DNA from: Phoronis australis
Lineage: Eukaryota > Animalia > Phoronida
Direction: 5' to 3'
Assembly (NCBI GenBank): GCA_002633005.1
Contig: NMRA01000115.1
Coordinates: forward strand, 246,104-310,103
DNA: 64,000 nucleotides
The notes beneath the pieces are model-generated. The model saw nothing but the letters and a program-made list of their open reading frames with translations. It was not told the DNA's origin and searched no databases. Position 1 is the stretch's first letter. Each line of letters begins with the position of its first letter. Both the position numbers and the translations under genes were made by a program. Positions 38,601-64,000 of this stretch are shown piece by piece.

Positions 38601-39704
38601 CGAATGACAGGAAATGTCTCGAACTTGTGATGCTCTTGAACCTTGAGCATCGACGCCTTACTCAATAGAAAATCTCGAAAAACTAAGGGAGAAAATATAT
38701 TGTCTTTGGTGTAGATCTTACCGAGATCAATTGACTCTTCAAATTTTAGGAGGATCAATTAAAAGGACGCAGGAGCAAAGCTAGGAAAAACAAAGCAAAA
38801 CAAAAAAACATGCCAACTTCCACAAAAATCCGCAAAGGGATGCCGGGAATACGGCACGGATTTCAATTAATTAAAGAGAAGACACCAGAGAATCTGGAGT
38901 AAATCGAGAACGGCAAACAGCAGAGAAACACAGATGGCACATTTCCGATAGCTCTTGAAAAGATCTCTACATATACCAAATTTCATAAAAAATCACACAC
39001 AGATAACGAAACCAGGGCCCCGAAAATATATAAATGGCAGCCAAAGCGCCATCGTGCATCCTATATGCTGAACAAAAAAAAACAACAAGCCTCAAGCTAT
39101 TTAAGAGACAAGTGCGAGAAAACAGAAGCGCTTGGGAAATTATCCCGTGAGCTGGATATTACAAGTATCAAAGAAGTCGACCAACTTGAATTTCATAAGA
39201 ATCTGGAAAAATCGCCAGATTCGGTCTAAAAGTTTATGAAATATATTTACATGTAATTTATGCTACTGATGACATAATTATGCAAGCACAATATGGACAC
39301 CTGATTATGCGTGCAAATAAGGGTCACTGAGGTAAAAATTGCTTGTCCTATATCAGAATCGAAACATCGTCTCAAAATGGGCGTGACGAAACATGACTAT
39401 TTTTCAAACAGTTGCGCACGCTAAGCTCCATCATCGATACACCACTGAATTTGCGCCCCATTCCACACCTAAGCAAAATCACAATGCGCCAGGCACAAGA
39501 TCAAGCAAAGTTGTTTGAGATTGACACGTTCGTACGCTAGCCTACCTTCAAAGCAGATGCGTAACACACTGTTTTTACGCCTCCGCCTTCAAAGACCAAA
39601 TTTTCAAACCCAAAGTCACGTCCAATCAAACCATGGCAGTCGTAGTCGAAGTTGTCGTTAATGTCTTCAGTCTGCGTGCAACCCACGCTGTTTTGTTGGC
39701 CCAT
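20012..39704 (-). CDS. Patatin-like phospholipase with inserted EF-hand pair and N-myristoylation motif, 12 exons, ~476 aa
   Basis: Exons 39704-39546, 32396-32252, 30477-30341, 29977-29842, 29512-29414, 28571-28468, 24160-24078, 23871-23715, 23306-23211, 21704-21543, 21004-20909, 20068-20012 (1431 nt, phases consistent, one GC donor). Motifs: LVFEGGGVK, GSSGG (nucleophile Ser), YADGGLLCNYP (catalytic Asp), EF loops DEDSSDTISREE and DANSDDEISFAE, and RTIGINTDYI. Confidence 0.9.
22150..22660. repeat. Degenerate repeat with TTTGCATAAT/ATGCAAATTAAGGC units, related to the subterminal repeats of the Academ element at 24916
   Basis: Recurrent TATGCAAAT(T/G)AAG and AATTTGCATAATT motifs shared with 24950-25500 and 27960-28170. 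Confidence 0.45.
25553..26870. mobile_element. Kolobok-like element fragment nested in the Academ element; inverted homologue of 51814-54395
   Basis: Starts TTAA|AGGAGAACGCAACC. Blocks match the reverse complement of 54050-54395, 52950-53450 and 51890-51990. Confidence 0.7.
28171..28178. other. Assembly gap (8 N) inside a poly-C run
   Basis: nnnnnnnn flanked by C runs. Confidence 0.99.
28731..29379 (+). mobile_element. Solo LTR (LTR-retrotransposon remnant)
   Basis: TGTAAG...GTTACA termini; near-identical 4-bp flanks CCGT/CCTT; internal AATAAA. Homologous to 61725-62413 (GGAGTGCCCTG, GACTGGTCTGCCCG, GTTTTCAATAT, CACCTTGG). Confidence 0.65.
29577..29651. repeat. (CA)n microsatellite
   Basis: About 37 near-perfect CA units. 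Confidence 0.99.
30500..31130. mobile_element. Penelope-like element remnant: inverted pseudo-LTR arrangement with the 5' end of the ORF and a hammerhead-like core
   Basis: 30545-30700 and 30985-31130 are inverted copies. The ORF start ERKLFRHYERTSIKLANKKSSRVFNEVCVNEGLLPNYT resembles PLE N-termini. CTGATGA-t-GAGAC...GTCTC-GAAA lies at 30950-30976. Confidence 0.6.
33900..35583. repeat. HINE/pearl-like non-autonomous element with an internal tandem array of CC(T/A)CCTAGTGGC-containing units
   Basis: 5' TTATTATGCGCCCACA...TGTGGACGCAT inverted repeat, GTCCG-like microsatellite, several-hundred-bp degenerate tandem units, and a 3' short palindrome followed by TT. Confidence 0.55.
35650..37351 (+). 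mobile_element. 3' part of a second AcademX-type transposon
   Basis: Plus-strand relic HAEADITLY...ITVLS..GDFVHLVY...KCSQLL (XPG-like), LPP..QTDANIHL...MLLRKA, CSDRRCSCYSTNLSCT (Cys-rich tail). Right end ...TAACTAGACTA at 37351. Confidence 0.65.
38400..39330. repeat. Degenerate interspersed repeat with duplicated units (ATCTCTACATATACCAA, AGCGCCATC)
   Basis: Two related blocks near 38430-38530 and 38960-39070. Confidence 0.35.
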
Positions 39705-40351
39705 GTTACTTATTCCGTCTTGCGCAGATTGCAAAATCTTGATTAGATTCAGCCTTTATGCCGCAGACCAACGCAATGAGAAGAAGCTAATCCTTTCAAC
39801 CGATCTCACTAGTTTGCCGTATTGTTTAAATTGAAAATTAACATGCTTGTTGTATAATTCTGATAATGTTGACTAAAGATACAGAACGTTACAGGAGTAT
39901 TGTGACAATTACACAAGAGTGGGAGAAGAGCTGAGGGGCCCGCGTTTCACGAAACTTGCCTTCAATAACACCCACAAAGACATAACCTTGCGTCACGTGG
40001 CAATCTGGCTGTGTTGAACAAAGTGTTTGGTATTTCGAAATATTTACTCCTAAATGGTTTGATAGTCAACCGATGTTTAGCTATTGAAAATATAGTAGAT
40101 ATCGGGCTCAATGCCAATGATTGTCAATAAGGTCCCACATAACCATGAGTTCCAATGGCCTTGTCACGAGTAAAATCATTTATTCTATTAGAAGATCCAC
40201 GTGAAGCCAGTTTTCTTTTGTAATACCATGGTCCTTGCAATAAAGTAATGATGCAACCATTACACCATAATAAGTCATGCGGTGATATGCCCTTGGGTCT
40301 GATTTTAGGCCAGTTTTGCATTACGTCATAATCTGCCGCGAACTCCGCAGT

Positions 40352-40890
40352 GCCCGGTTGCACGAAACAGTCCCAAAAATAGAGACTCAACCAAGTTCCC
40401 TAAATCTTTTTCGTATTTGTTTTGTTCTTTAGACACAGATGTAATATTTTTTCTATCACTTTATCTTTAGTATGAGTTCCTATTTGACTAATGACGTTTT
40501 CGAATAATATAACTAAAAATTGATCCCTTAATTCAATCAAAATAATAGGGATTTAGTCCTTAAATCAGGGGCGTTGCGTGAAAAGTTCCCTACTCATTTT
40601 CAATACTATTATAGGAAATAAATCTGAAACTAAATCTAGATCCTCTCAAGGATACTATTGTTTCACAAAATGTAGAATATATATATTCTTGTTTTATTTA
40701 TATATTCAAAAATATTAAAAATTCAATATTGAGTTCACTCTCGAGTTTTATCAAAGCCAAAAATTGACTTAGTAACGAGTCTCAAACGGCATAAGACAGG
40801 ACAATCGGTGTTTTTACAGGCCCACAAATACACAGTAGATTTAGGGAACGTAGCCGAGTCCCTATTTGGGACTGTTTCGTGGAACCGAGC
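40352..40890. mobile_element. MITE (PIF/Harbinger-like), copy 1
   Basis: About 50-bp TIRs GCCCGGTTGCACGAAACAGTCCC / GGGACTGTTTCGTGGAACCGAGC; 3-bp flanks AGT/AGT; homologous to 58132-58547. Confidence 0.65.
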
Positions 40891-41344
40891 AGTGGTGCCG
40901 TTAAGCGTGTAAGTCCTGATTGCACATGTCGCGTTTTTCTTCACCTCCTTAGCGTGGCAATCCCTATCCCATCATCTGCATGCCTTACGGATAAAACTTA
41001 ACTGTGACACTTGTTGCGATAACGAGTTAACTCCGCTAGCCATGGTCTGTAGAAGAAAGGCTTATGTAAAGATAATAACACTGTAGGCCATGCAGTGGAC
41101 TATCTCAGAACAACATGCCTGTCGTTAAAACTGACGACAAACTGCGACACCTTTGTGCAAAGGTTCAGAACAGCAAATACCAAAAAATTCTTCCAGACAT
41201 TCATAAAATGAAACGTTTTATTTGAAACTGTCAGAAACACGCCCTTCTAAATCTATCGGGAAGATTTTCTCAAAAGCATCTGTTTTGTGAACCAATTCAG
41301 GCCACACAAAACAGAAAATATAACTTCAACGGTGATACGCATGT

Positions 41345-42250
41345 ATTTACTTTGTTTATTTATTTAGTTATTCATTAATGGAATATTTACAATGAGGGTA
41401 CCCCCATCAATTCACACTGCTTTCCATGGGGGCCCTCAGTAAAAACATGCAGACGATAAGACAAACTAACAGAATTACAAAATGAAAGACAATATTTAAA
41501 TAATCAATAAAGAATAAGAAATTAACATGGAAAGACCGACGAAACAAAATAAAAAATGAAATATGATAAATATGAGATAAAGAAAGTAAGACAAGATGAT
41601 TAACTAATATATAAATATCAATAACTGAAAACAGTAATACGCATGTATACACAGAACACATCTACATGAAGTTAATTCGATTTCTTATATTTCTTATATT
41701 TCAAGGGTGGTGCAGATTTGGCATCTGCAGGAAGTGTTCCATAAATAAGGCTCGCTGTAGGAAAATGATTTTTTCTCAGTTTAGTTTCTGGGTTGCGGAA
41801 GATTGAAGTTGGATGATAATGAGGACCTAGTGCTGTAGCGATTAGCAGTCATCTTAAACTTAGCACTGGGACAAGACGTTTAAAACATTTGTACATACAA
41901 CAAGCAGATATGAATTTATCTCTTGTGTATATTTTCATTATTCCAGTCTCCATTTACGTCATGTATTTGCGTAGAATTTGTAAGGCAAGGCCGAGTTCCG
42001 AATTTGGCTGATGACGACAACGCACTCTGTTGTTGGAAGATGAAGTTAGAAGTGTTAAAAACGACAAGTCACTCAGATGTGACGAATTAACAATCTCCGG
42101 AGAGATGCCAAAATTTTAGTGCATCCAGTGATAAACAAAATAAAGTGCATGCAGGTCTTAACAGAAAGAGAATTTCGGTAGAGGAAGATGTACATTTATT
42201 GTAATACATGAACCACTATAACTTTTCAAACGTGTCTTCTTGAAACGAAA
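41345..42250 (-). mobile_element. 5'-truncated LINE (CR1/L2-group) 3' end
   Basis: Minus-strand fragments such as KRLVPVLS...PETKLRKNHF...IYGTLPADAKSAPPL resemble the post-RT C-terminus of CR1/L2 ORF2. T-rich 3' UTR and AATAAATAAA-type tail near 41350. Confidence 0.5.
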
Positions 42251-43147
42251 TCTAGGCTGTTCACAGATTGTTCAGTGTCGTTACGACAATTAAAGGTAAC
42301 GAAGTTGCAACACAAGACCTCACACAAAACAGGCTCCTCTTGATGTACCACAAAACAGGCTATTTTTCGAAAAGACTGCTGGAGGCAAGAAGTGTTTCAC
42401 TCTTTTTCAAGTGACTGAGGATGTCTTCTCTGCCGGACTTTACAGATGCATTTTGTCTCCCGAGCGATTCGTCACGCTGGACCAATACTTATGATTTCAC
42501 GAGCGTGTCTATTATAGCGGCTCAGCTGGGTACTGCAGTTAGAAAACGTTCATGAAACCCAGGCTTAACAAACAAGCAAATTAAGTACCTCAAGGCCTTG
42601 CAAAGACCATCTGTACGACCTTGGACGTGAAGAAAATAGTCTGTATTCCGCGGGGTGCCAGGGTTTAGGAACTTGACTCCAACGATAAGATTCGGGCAAA
42701 AATTAAAGACAATTAGAGCAAAACAAAAAATGGGCAACCAAGTATCCAATTGGGAAAAATACTGAGGAGACATATGGGAAAAGGGGTAAGAAATCGGCAG
42801 CCACCGGGGATGAAATTGATGGCGACCCTCGAAGGGAGAATTCGGTGACGATCGTGGCCAATTGATGATCGAGGAGGAGATGAAATTTCTGTATGCGGCC
42901 TACTGTGCTCAACGCTTAACTTGATACCAACTCGCCAAATGCGACATCGCGAAATTCCAAGATCGCCAAACGAAATTTGAGGTCGCCAAAACTGGTGTCG
43001 AAGTGTGTCGTGAACAGACTCGTTGCTTGATCTGACATATGTCGCATTTTGGAATCCTGCTGTCAGTAACGGACCTGAATGTACTTCTCATATCGAACAC
43101 ACGTCTCTGGTTGTCTTCTGGACAATCTGGCTGAGCGCTTGCTGTAG

Positions 43148-43406
43148 GCCCGTTTACATGGACAAACTTTGCCCACGTGAGTAAATTACTTATAATAAAA
43201 TTCGCACACGTTTATAGAAGTATATTTAATACGCTTTCACAGGCAGGACGTTATAAGAACTACCTGTAGAGGCGGTGCACAGGTATTGGCTTTTATCACC
43301 TCTTGTACATGTAAATGCATAGCGAAAATACCTTTACACGCGTGTGTAATTAATTTTATTTATCACTAAATTTACTCACGCATGCAAATTTTTCACATGA
43401 AATCCC
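43148..43406. mobile_element. Short MITE-like element
   Basis: Imperfect TIRs TTTACATGGACAAACTTTGCCCACGTGAGTAAATT / AATTTACTCACGCATGCAAATTTTTCACATGAAA. Confidence 0.45.
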
Positions 43407-44019
43407 ACATTTTAATAACACCCGAGAAAAGCATTTCTCTACCAACAAGTGCATGATTTACCTGTTTTTAATGACAGCAGTCGCCGCATCTTGAGATTTG
43501 TACCACAAAACAATGGGAAGGCGCCCGCGAATGTTGAAAACGTGACAAAGTAATTGCTGCCAGGGTGGAAAAGGGGAGATACTCAGTGCTTTACATAATC
43601 ATCGGCCCTGTCCGCGACTGGCGACTTCAGGTAAAAAGGAGTTCTTAGTAGGAGGCCACCTCGCAGTCGTGTTCAGTGACGTTTCTGACAGGTTTCCGTT
43701 TACATTAGTTAACTATATTCATTATTAGCGCAATAACAGGGGATGAAAATGGGCAGGGAACATAAAACGATACGTGTACTGTTGACCTCCGGTCAGAATT
43801 GAAATGTCACATTGCTAAAAATCATTGTCTATTAGGTAACACCTTGTGTATGCTTTATTGTGTTACATGCTTGATTTATCTAACATACAAAGTGAATAAT
43901 TTTCATGACGAATAAAATATTAACCTTAACAAGTGTACTTACAGAACGAGGGTTCTACCTTGGCCAAGTGTGCTTTGCGTTAGTTTTTCCCGTCCTTATT
44001 ATAAATACAATAGGTACAT

Positions 44020-44450
44020 TCGTAAAATACAACTATTTATTCGGACTATATTTCGACATAGAGCGTCTCATTAGAAATTAGACTCCTTTCACGGCAGCTT
44101 GAACCAAACGGGAGATTTTTGTAATGTCATATTTCCAGTACCACGCGAAACCAGATAGCGGTTTCGGCAATAAAGTGTGCTTTTCTTTTAGAAAACTTTT
44201 GTATCGGTGTAAAAGCTTTCATCAACATCCAAAGCCTAAAAGTTGTAATCATTTGCTATTCTTTGATTGTTCCAGCTCATTTGCCTCTTCAGAGGTTACT
44301 TATTCTAAAGTTTACCACCGTAAAACAGCCTTGCAACTGCTCCAGGACACTAAAGATATCGAAATACTTTTCAATACTTCCTAAAATTCTTCGAACACCA
44401 GTTCACAAAATCCTCTGGCCAAGGTCACTAGGCTTTTGAAAAAAAATGTG
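44020..44450 (-). mobile_element. Possible Penelope-like 3' remnant with a minimal hammerhead-like motif
   Basis: Minus strand CTAATGA-GAC-GCTCTAT-GTC-GAAA-TATA-GTC then AATAAA. Upstream degenerate F.CPG..C....YGGK may be a GIY-YIG relic. Confidence 0.35.
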
Positions 44451-45047
44451 CGGATCTGGTTTCTGTTGGTCATATGCGAGAAGCAAAGGAAGCGTTGTGC
44501 TCACATATCTTAACGTGAAAACGTACATCTTTACTTTAGAGAAACTTAAAAAACAAGGGCCAACTTAGTATATTGTAGATACTAACATTTACTATGTTAC
44601 TGATGTGTGGTCAAAACTAATGGTCTTCAGAATTCTTTCCATGCGGAGGCAGACTTCCCTTTTCAATTGAATATCACAGTTCTTGTTCATGGCCGCATGC
44701 CTCGATGCTGCTGTGCTTCACATGAATATGTTCTGCTTGTTTTTTGGAATTCCATCCACTGTAGTAATAGGAGGCCATCTATGATGGGACCCGGCTGACG
44801 GGGGCCGCTTAAATCATGGTCATAAATGCTTGAATCCGGTTACCAGCACTTTTGATAAGATAACTGTAGTATTTCTTCTTCAATTTGTGTACTTGTAATC
44901 AAGAAATAAACGCAGAAATTAAAAATTAAAAATTAATTTTTTGTGACGTCATCAGTGGAAACCCAGTCTCCGTCATTGCGTTGTTCCACACCAGCCGTGA
45001 GCCGGAGTGATCTCGATAATACTGGAATATTCTCTACAACGAGTATT

Positions 45048-45340
45048 ATGAAAAGGTGCACGTGCGGAGTGTGCAATGATAACAATAGTGCAGACAATAT
45101 TTCAGCTTTTGTATTTCTAACAGACTCTAAGATAGCCGCGATGGCACAGGTCGGTATGTGGGACCATAGACTATGGACACGAGTGTGGCAGTACACAGTG
45201 GAGCAAACGATCAGTTCAGGGGCCACGCTGTGCTCGGCCAACTCTGAAATTGAAATCGTGCGTCGACACGCCGCAGAAACGAAGATTTGATGAAGGTTTC
45301 TCCAACGTGTAACTGCATTTGAAGCTGGGACAGAAAGAAT
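45048..45340 (+). pseudogene. Degenerate THAP-domain ORF (transposon-derived)
   Basis: MKRCTCGVCNDNNSADNISAFVFLTD...W...TLCSAN: THAP layout with FP and HF degraded and an early stop. Confidence 0.45.
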
Positions 45341-45836
45341 CGCGGTGTTTTGTTATCTTTGCTGGAAACATTGTTTTCAAGCAGATATTGAGTATAGACT
45401 CAGGATCAAGTTGTGACTGAAACAATGGATGTGATTGCAGTACGAAAGTTCTCATCAGCCTGTTCTTGTTCAAGATTTTGTGAGAGTGCATGCTATCCGC
45501 ATAAAAGTCAATGCCAATGGTAGCCGCAAATCATATAGATGCCAGGCAAATATTGTGAGGTTGTGACCTCAGCCAGCACACAGACTGGAGTCGAGCACTG
45601 GACCGAAATAATCTACGGATCACAATGGTGCACAGCTTTCATTATTTCAGTACAGACAAGAAAGGAACGAGTGCCACTTACCAGCCATAAACTCCAGTTA
45701 GCATCACAATGATCAGATATGAGCGTTCCTGACAGACGCACTCGGGATACGAAGAGATGAAATCAATATGTTACGGCGCTTTTCGCCACTGTTGGTCTAT
45801 TTTTCATTTAAATACAACAACGACTAATGCAACTTG

Positions 45837-46401
45837 CAGGCTTTCGAGCAGTTTTAAGCAAAAAAGAAGGGAAAAAGTAGGACACATTTTAAAAATAATA
45901 GGAAATGGTAGGAAATGTAAAGTGAAAAGTAAGAAAAAGTTGGAACAAGACCAGGCGTTCAGGAGTAATTTTCATCGATATTTAGCAATGGCATTTACCT
46001 CACGTCACAAACTTGAAGTGTATTTTGGGGTCCTGTTTTGGACTATTGGACCCCCCAGGGACCAAAGCCCATGATTGTGCAACTTAAGACGCCCCTTTTC
46101 TTCAATGGTAGTTGACAATTTGCGCACTCGAACCTTTTGCACTCATAATGTAAGTGTGGTTAAAGTCCTACTGGCTCCTCAGCTACAGTCTTTCAGTTAG
46201 AATCGCTTGTGCTGAAAAAAGTCCTTCGTGTGCTGCACCCGTTACATAAAACGACTATCCACTACTAACCCAAAAACACAACTTAGACGGAATTTTAGAC
46301 TAATGAGAAAAAAGTAGGCAAAAGTAGGAATTTTTGGGAATTCCATAAAAAAGGTAGGAACATGACAAAAAGTAGGAAAAGTAGGAACGCACGAAAGCCC
46401 G
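45837..46401. mobile_element. MITE with subterminal AAAGTAGGA repeats
   Basis: TIR CAGGCTTTCG / CGAAAGCCCG; flanking direct repeat AACTTG (45831-45836, 46402-46407); many AAAGTAGG units near both ends. Confidence 0.6.
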
Positions 46402-49040
46402 AACTTGCGATAATAAAGAGACACTAGGTTGTCATTAGAATCATAAAGATGGAACTATCAGTTTTTCCAAAAACAGTGTGGTTGGCTGTGATGACGAAAT
46501 TAGGGGCTGAAGGGGAGGGGGGTTATATAATGATGACAGAATGGGAAGGGTTGAAAATGTTAGATGACGTCTCAATACAAATGTTTCAGGTCTCCCATCA
46601 GAAAAAATCATGTTTTGTCCACTATCCGAATGAGCCCATAGCATCGGTTGTTTACTGACACATCCCTGTTGTCAAGTTACTGTTTTCGCAGGACAATTGC
46701 CTCGTGTAATAACTCGTTTCGTCCACGAAGATTGTAGCACACCTGTGCAAAATGTAGGAAAGGGGTAAAAATGCAAAAAGTCGAGAACGCGGATATTACA
46801 ACTTACACTTTATTTCTCACAAAATGAAAAATATGGTGACATTCTAACTAGCATCAGCACACAGAACCATTTTTCTCTAGATAACCGAAGTAAAAAAAAA
46901 AACGTTCCACACAATATTGCACACTATTTTGAGTAAGAGGTACGAGAACCACTTAACGTGAGAACAATGCGGTACTGAGATAAAATATGCAACTTGTGGT
47001 TGCTACAGTAACAGGTTATTTTGATTGAACTTTTCTCAACCTACATAACATATCTTCAGTAACAAGACACAAACAAGCCTAGGAGACAGAGTTCCACATG
47101 GTGCAGTTTAGTATACTTAGGTCAGAATTGCCAACTATTCATGCTCTTAGTCTAGTCCACTATATCTAAGGGACACAGACCAGGAACTTTCCTATCCAAG
47201 TGAACCAATGCTATACTAAATCTAACTACAACCGAACAGATTCAAAAGGCAAGAGAAAAAGAGATCATAAGACGAAGACTCCCACAGTACTCAAATTCAA
47301 TTCTTTGGGCATGTCACAAAGTGGTTCAATCTCTGAGCCACACCACAGTTCATTTCAAGACAAGTGGCTATGTCCTATAGTTGTGCTGATATAACAAATT
47401 TCCACCGACACATCCCAACTCAAAATTGAATCCCGGTACCCAATGAGTTGACCTGCCTAAACAACTCGGCATGTTGGGAGAAAAACATGAAATTGGCTTA
47501 TACCTTTCCACAGATACTACAATAAATAATAAGACAATGCCTTCAAGCCATCTCCTTGCTGTCTTACTTGGATCTGATAAAGCAAAGTATACATCCAGGT
47601 TGTTAACTGCAGCACCCCAATAACTCTGCGATGCACACAGACATTCCGTAGTTGAACTGTCAACCCAATGCTTTACTTAAGAAACAAATCAACAAAAGGA
47701 ATGGTAGCTAAACCTAACTACGTGATCAAAATCATACAGTCAACCCTACAACAGCCTATCTATGTACAAACTAGTTTAAACAGATAACATCCATATAAAT
47801 ACAATAAATTATCAATAAATCTTAAACAGGCCATCAAAATAATTGCTAGCACCCTGATTTTTATAAGCAATAGTTTAACTGTATCATATTTATGTATAAA
47901 CTTTTGAGTCACCTTCAACACCCACCGTCACTACATCCTACACCTGTAACTACAATAAGTCTTGAAATTATTCCAACTTGTCCAAAATCAATGATTAACC
48001 GTACAATACTTTCAACCTGTTATGCACATACTTTCATTAAAAGAGACGAAAAAACCTACAAAAATTGACTACAAGTCGACACCTCAATAAATACACGTCA
48101 CCAATGTTAGGTCAAATAGGATGAAATCCTGCCCCATTGTATGACCTATGACCCCTGCATAATTGCACAAACTAAGGCCTCACCCATACACCGAATCCTT
48201 CCACTGCACAACATCAATGTAAAACACCAGCATGACTCAATAGCCAGTATACAAAGAAGGGTTGGACTGTTAAACCCACTTGACTTCACAAGGCTTGCAT
48301 CGGCTAGTATGAATAATATGACAATGCGAAATGTAAAGTTCTTGTAATACTGATAATGAAATGAAAAACTGTCTAATTATAACATGATACCCCCTCAGAG
48401 ATCGTCTGTACTACACAGAACCCATGACCTTGTTCGCAAAATTGGAGTTTTCCTACTGTCAGAACAATTCTTCAAAACCCAACTGCCAGATTAATGGCAG
48501 TGATGTTGATGCAAACTTCATTAAAGGAAACTACTGTTTATAGAATTATCAACTAATAAATAAACATATATTGCTGTTAACAGAAGTACTTGGCACTTTT
48601 AGGTCAAACGTAAATAAATACCAATTAAAATATACATAGTAGATTTTGTTCAGCTACTGTCAGTAGACCTCTGAGAATTGGCCAATCAAACATATGGCAA
48701 ATTTAACATGTAAATCATGCTTGGGAACTTCGACTATTAACAGAGAAAAATCTCTAATGTTTACAATAATTAGCTTTTGAACATATTGTCATGGACTCGT
48801 CCATTCTGTTAGGTCAAAGGCATTTCCAATCAATACCAGGATCCCTGAATACAAACTAGGAAGGTATCGCTCCCCGGCAGGCATAGATACGGTAATATCT
48901 CGTGGACACTTCAGATACCTCACTACAGTTAAGACTACTGTGCCTACGTGAATGCGCCTTGAATGCGCTTTACTATGTCACATACAAAGAACTAACCTAG
49001 TATGGCCACGTTATGTGCATAAAACACACACATTCGATGT

Positions 49041-63572
<14,532 letters not shown>

Positions 63573-64000
63573 TCAAACTAAGCTGGATATTGTCAAAATT
63601 TCATAAAGTCTCAACACATGAAAAAGCAGCTAAATGTCCATTCTTTAAAAAAGAATCAATTAAAATTCTGACAAAATTTCATTGTTGCGTCTGGTCGTTT
63701 ACTATTTTGACTAAACAATCAGTAGGTATGCATACCAACAAACTAATATGTGACTTAAGTTCAATGTTTTTTTATTGAGACAAAATTTTGTTGATATATA
63801 ACATTGATATAACGTGAGTCAGAGTTGGGCAAAGTTTGATAAGTCTTGTCTAAGTCTGCCAAGTTTATCTTGAAAACTATTTGTACACCAAAAGATGACT
63901 GAGCTTTCTGGAAACTTCACAGCTGCAGCAGATTGGTGTTGTTACACTGTAAGTAAGTGAGATCCATTTTACTTCAACACAAAATGCAAAACAATAAAAA

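Noticed and set aside
11802-39704. Bacterial contamination or recent HGT to explain the MurQ-like and ExoU-like genes
   Set aside because: Both genes have many canonical spliceosomal introns and are embedded among animal transposons.

Overview
Eukaryotic animal genomic DNA, probably from a marine invertebrate: AT-rich, with spliceosomal introns, many transposon relics and one 8-N scaffold gap. There is no prokaryotic operon, CRISPR array or rRNA/tRNA gene. Genes reconstructed by hand: (1) four intronless LITAF-domain paralogues at 1.1-8.0 kb (a tandem pair plus a divergent pair); (2) the 3' half (8 exons) of a glucokinase-regulatory-protein/MurQ-like gene at 11802-17060 (+), whose 5' half I could not find in the window, so the LITAF array may sit inside one of its introns; (3) a complete 12-exon patatin-like phospholipase with an N-myristoylation motif and an inserted EF-hand pair at 20012-39704 (-); (4) the last 12 exons of a ZSWIM4/5/6 orthologue at 49041-63490 (-). 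Introns and intergenic DNA contain Academ, Kolobok, Penelope (with hammerhead-like cores), LINE, solo-LTR, HINE-like and MITE relics, including nested insertions with readable TSDs. All family assignments come from motif recognition by eye; no database search was run.
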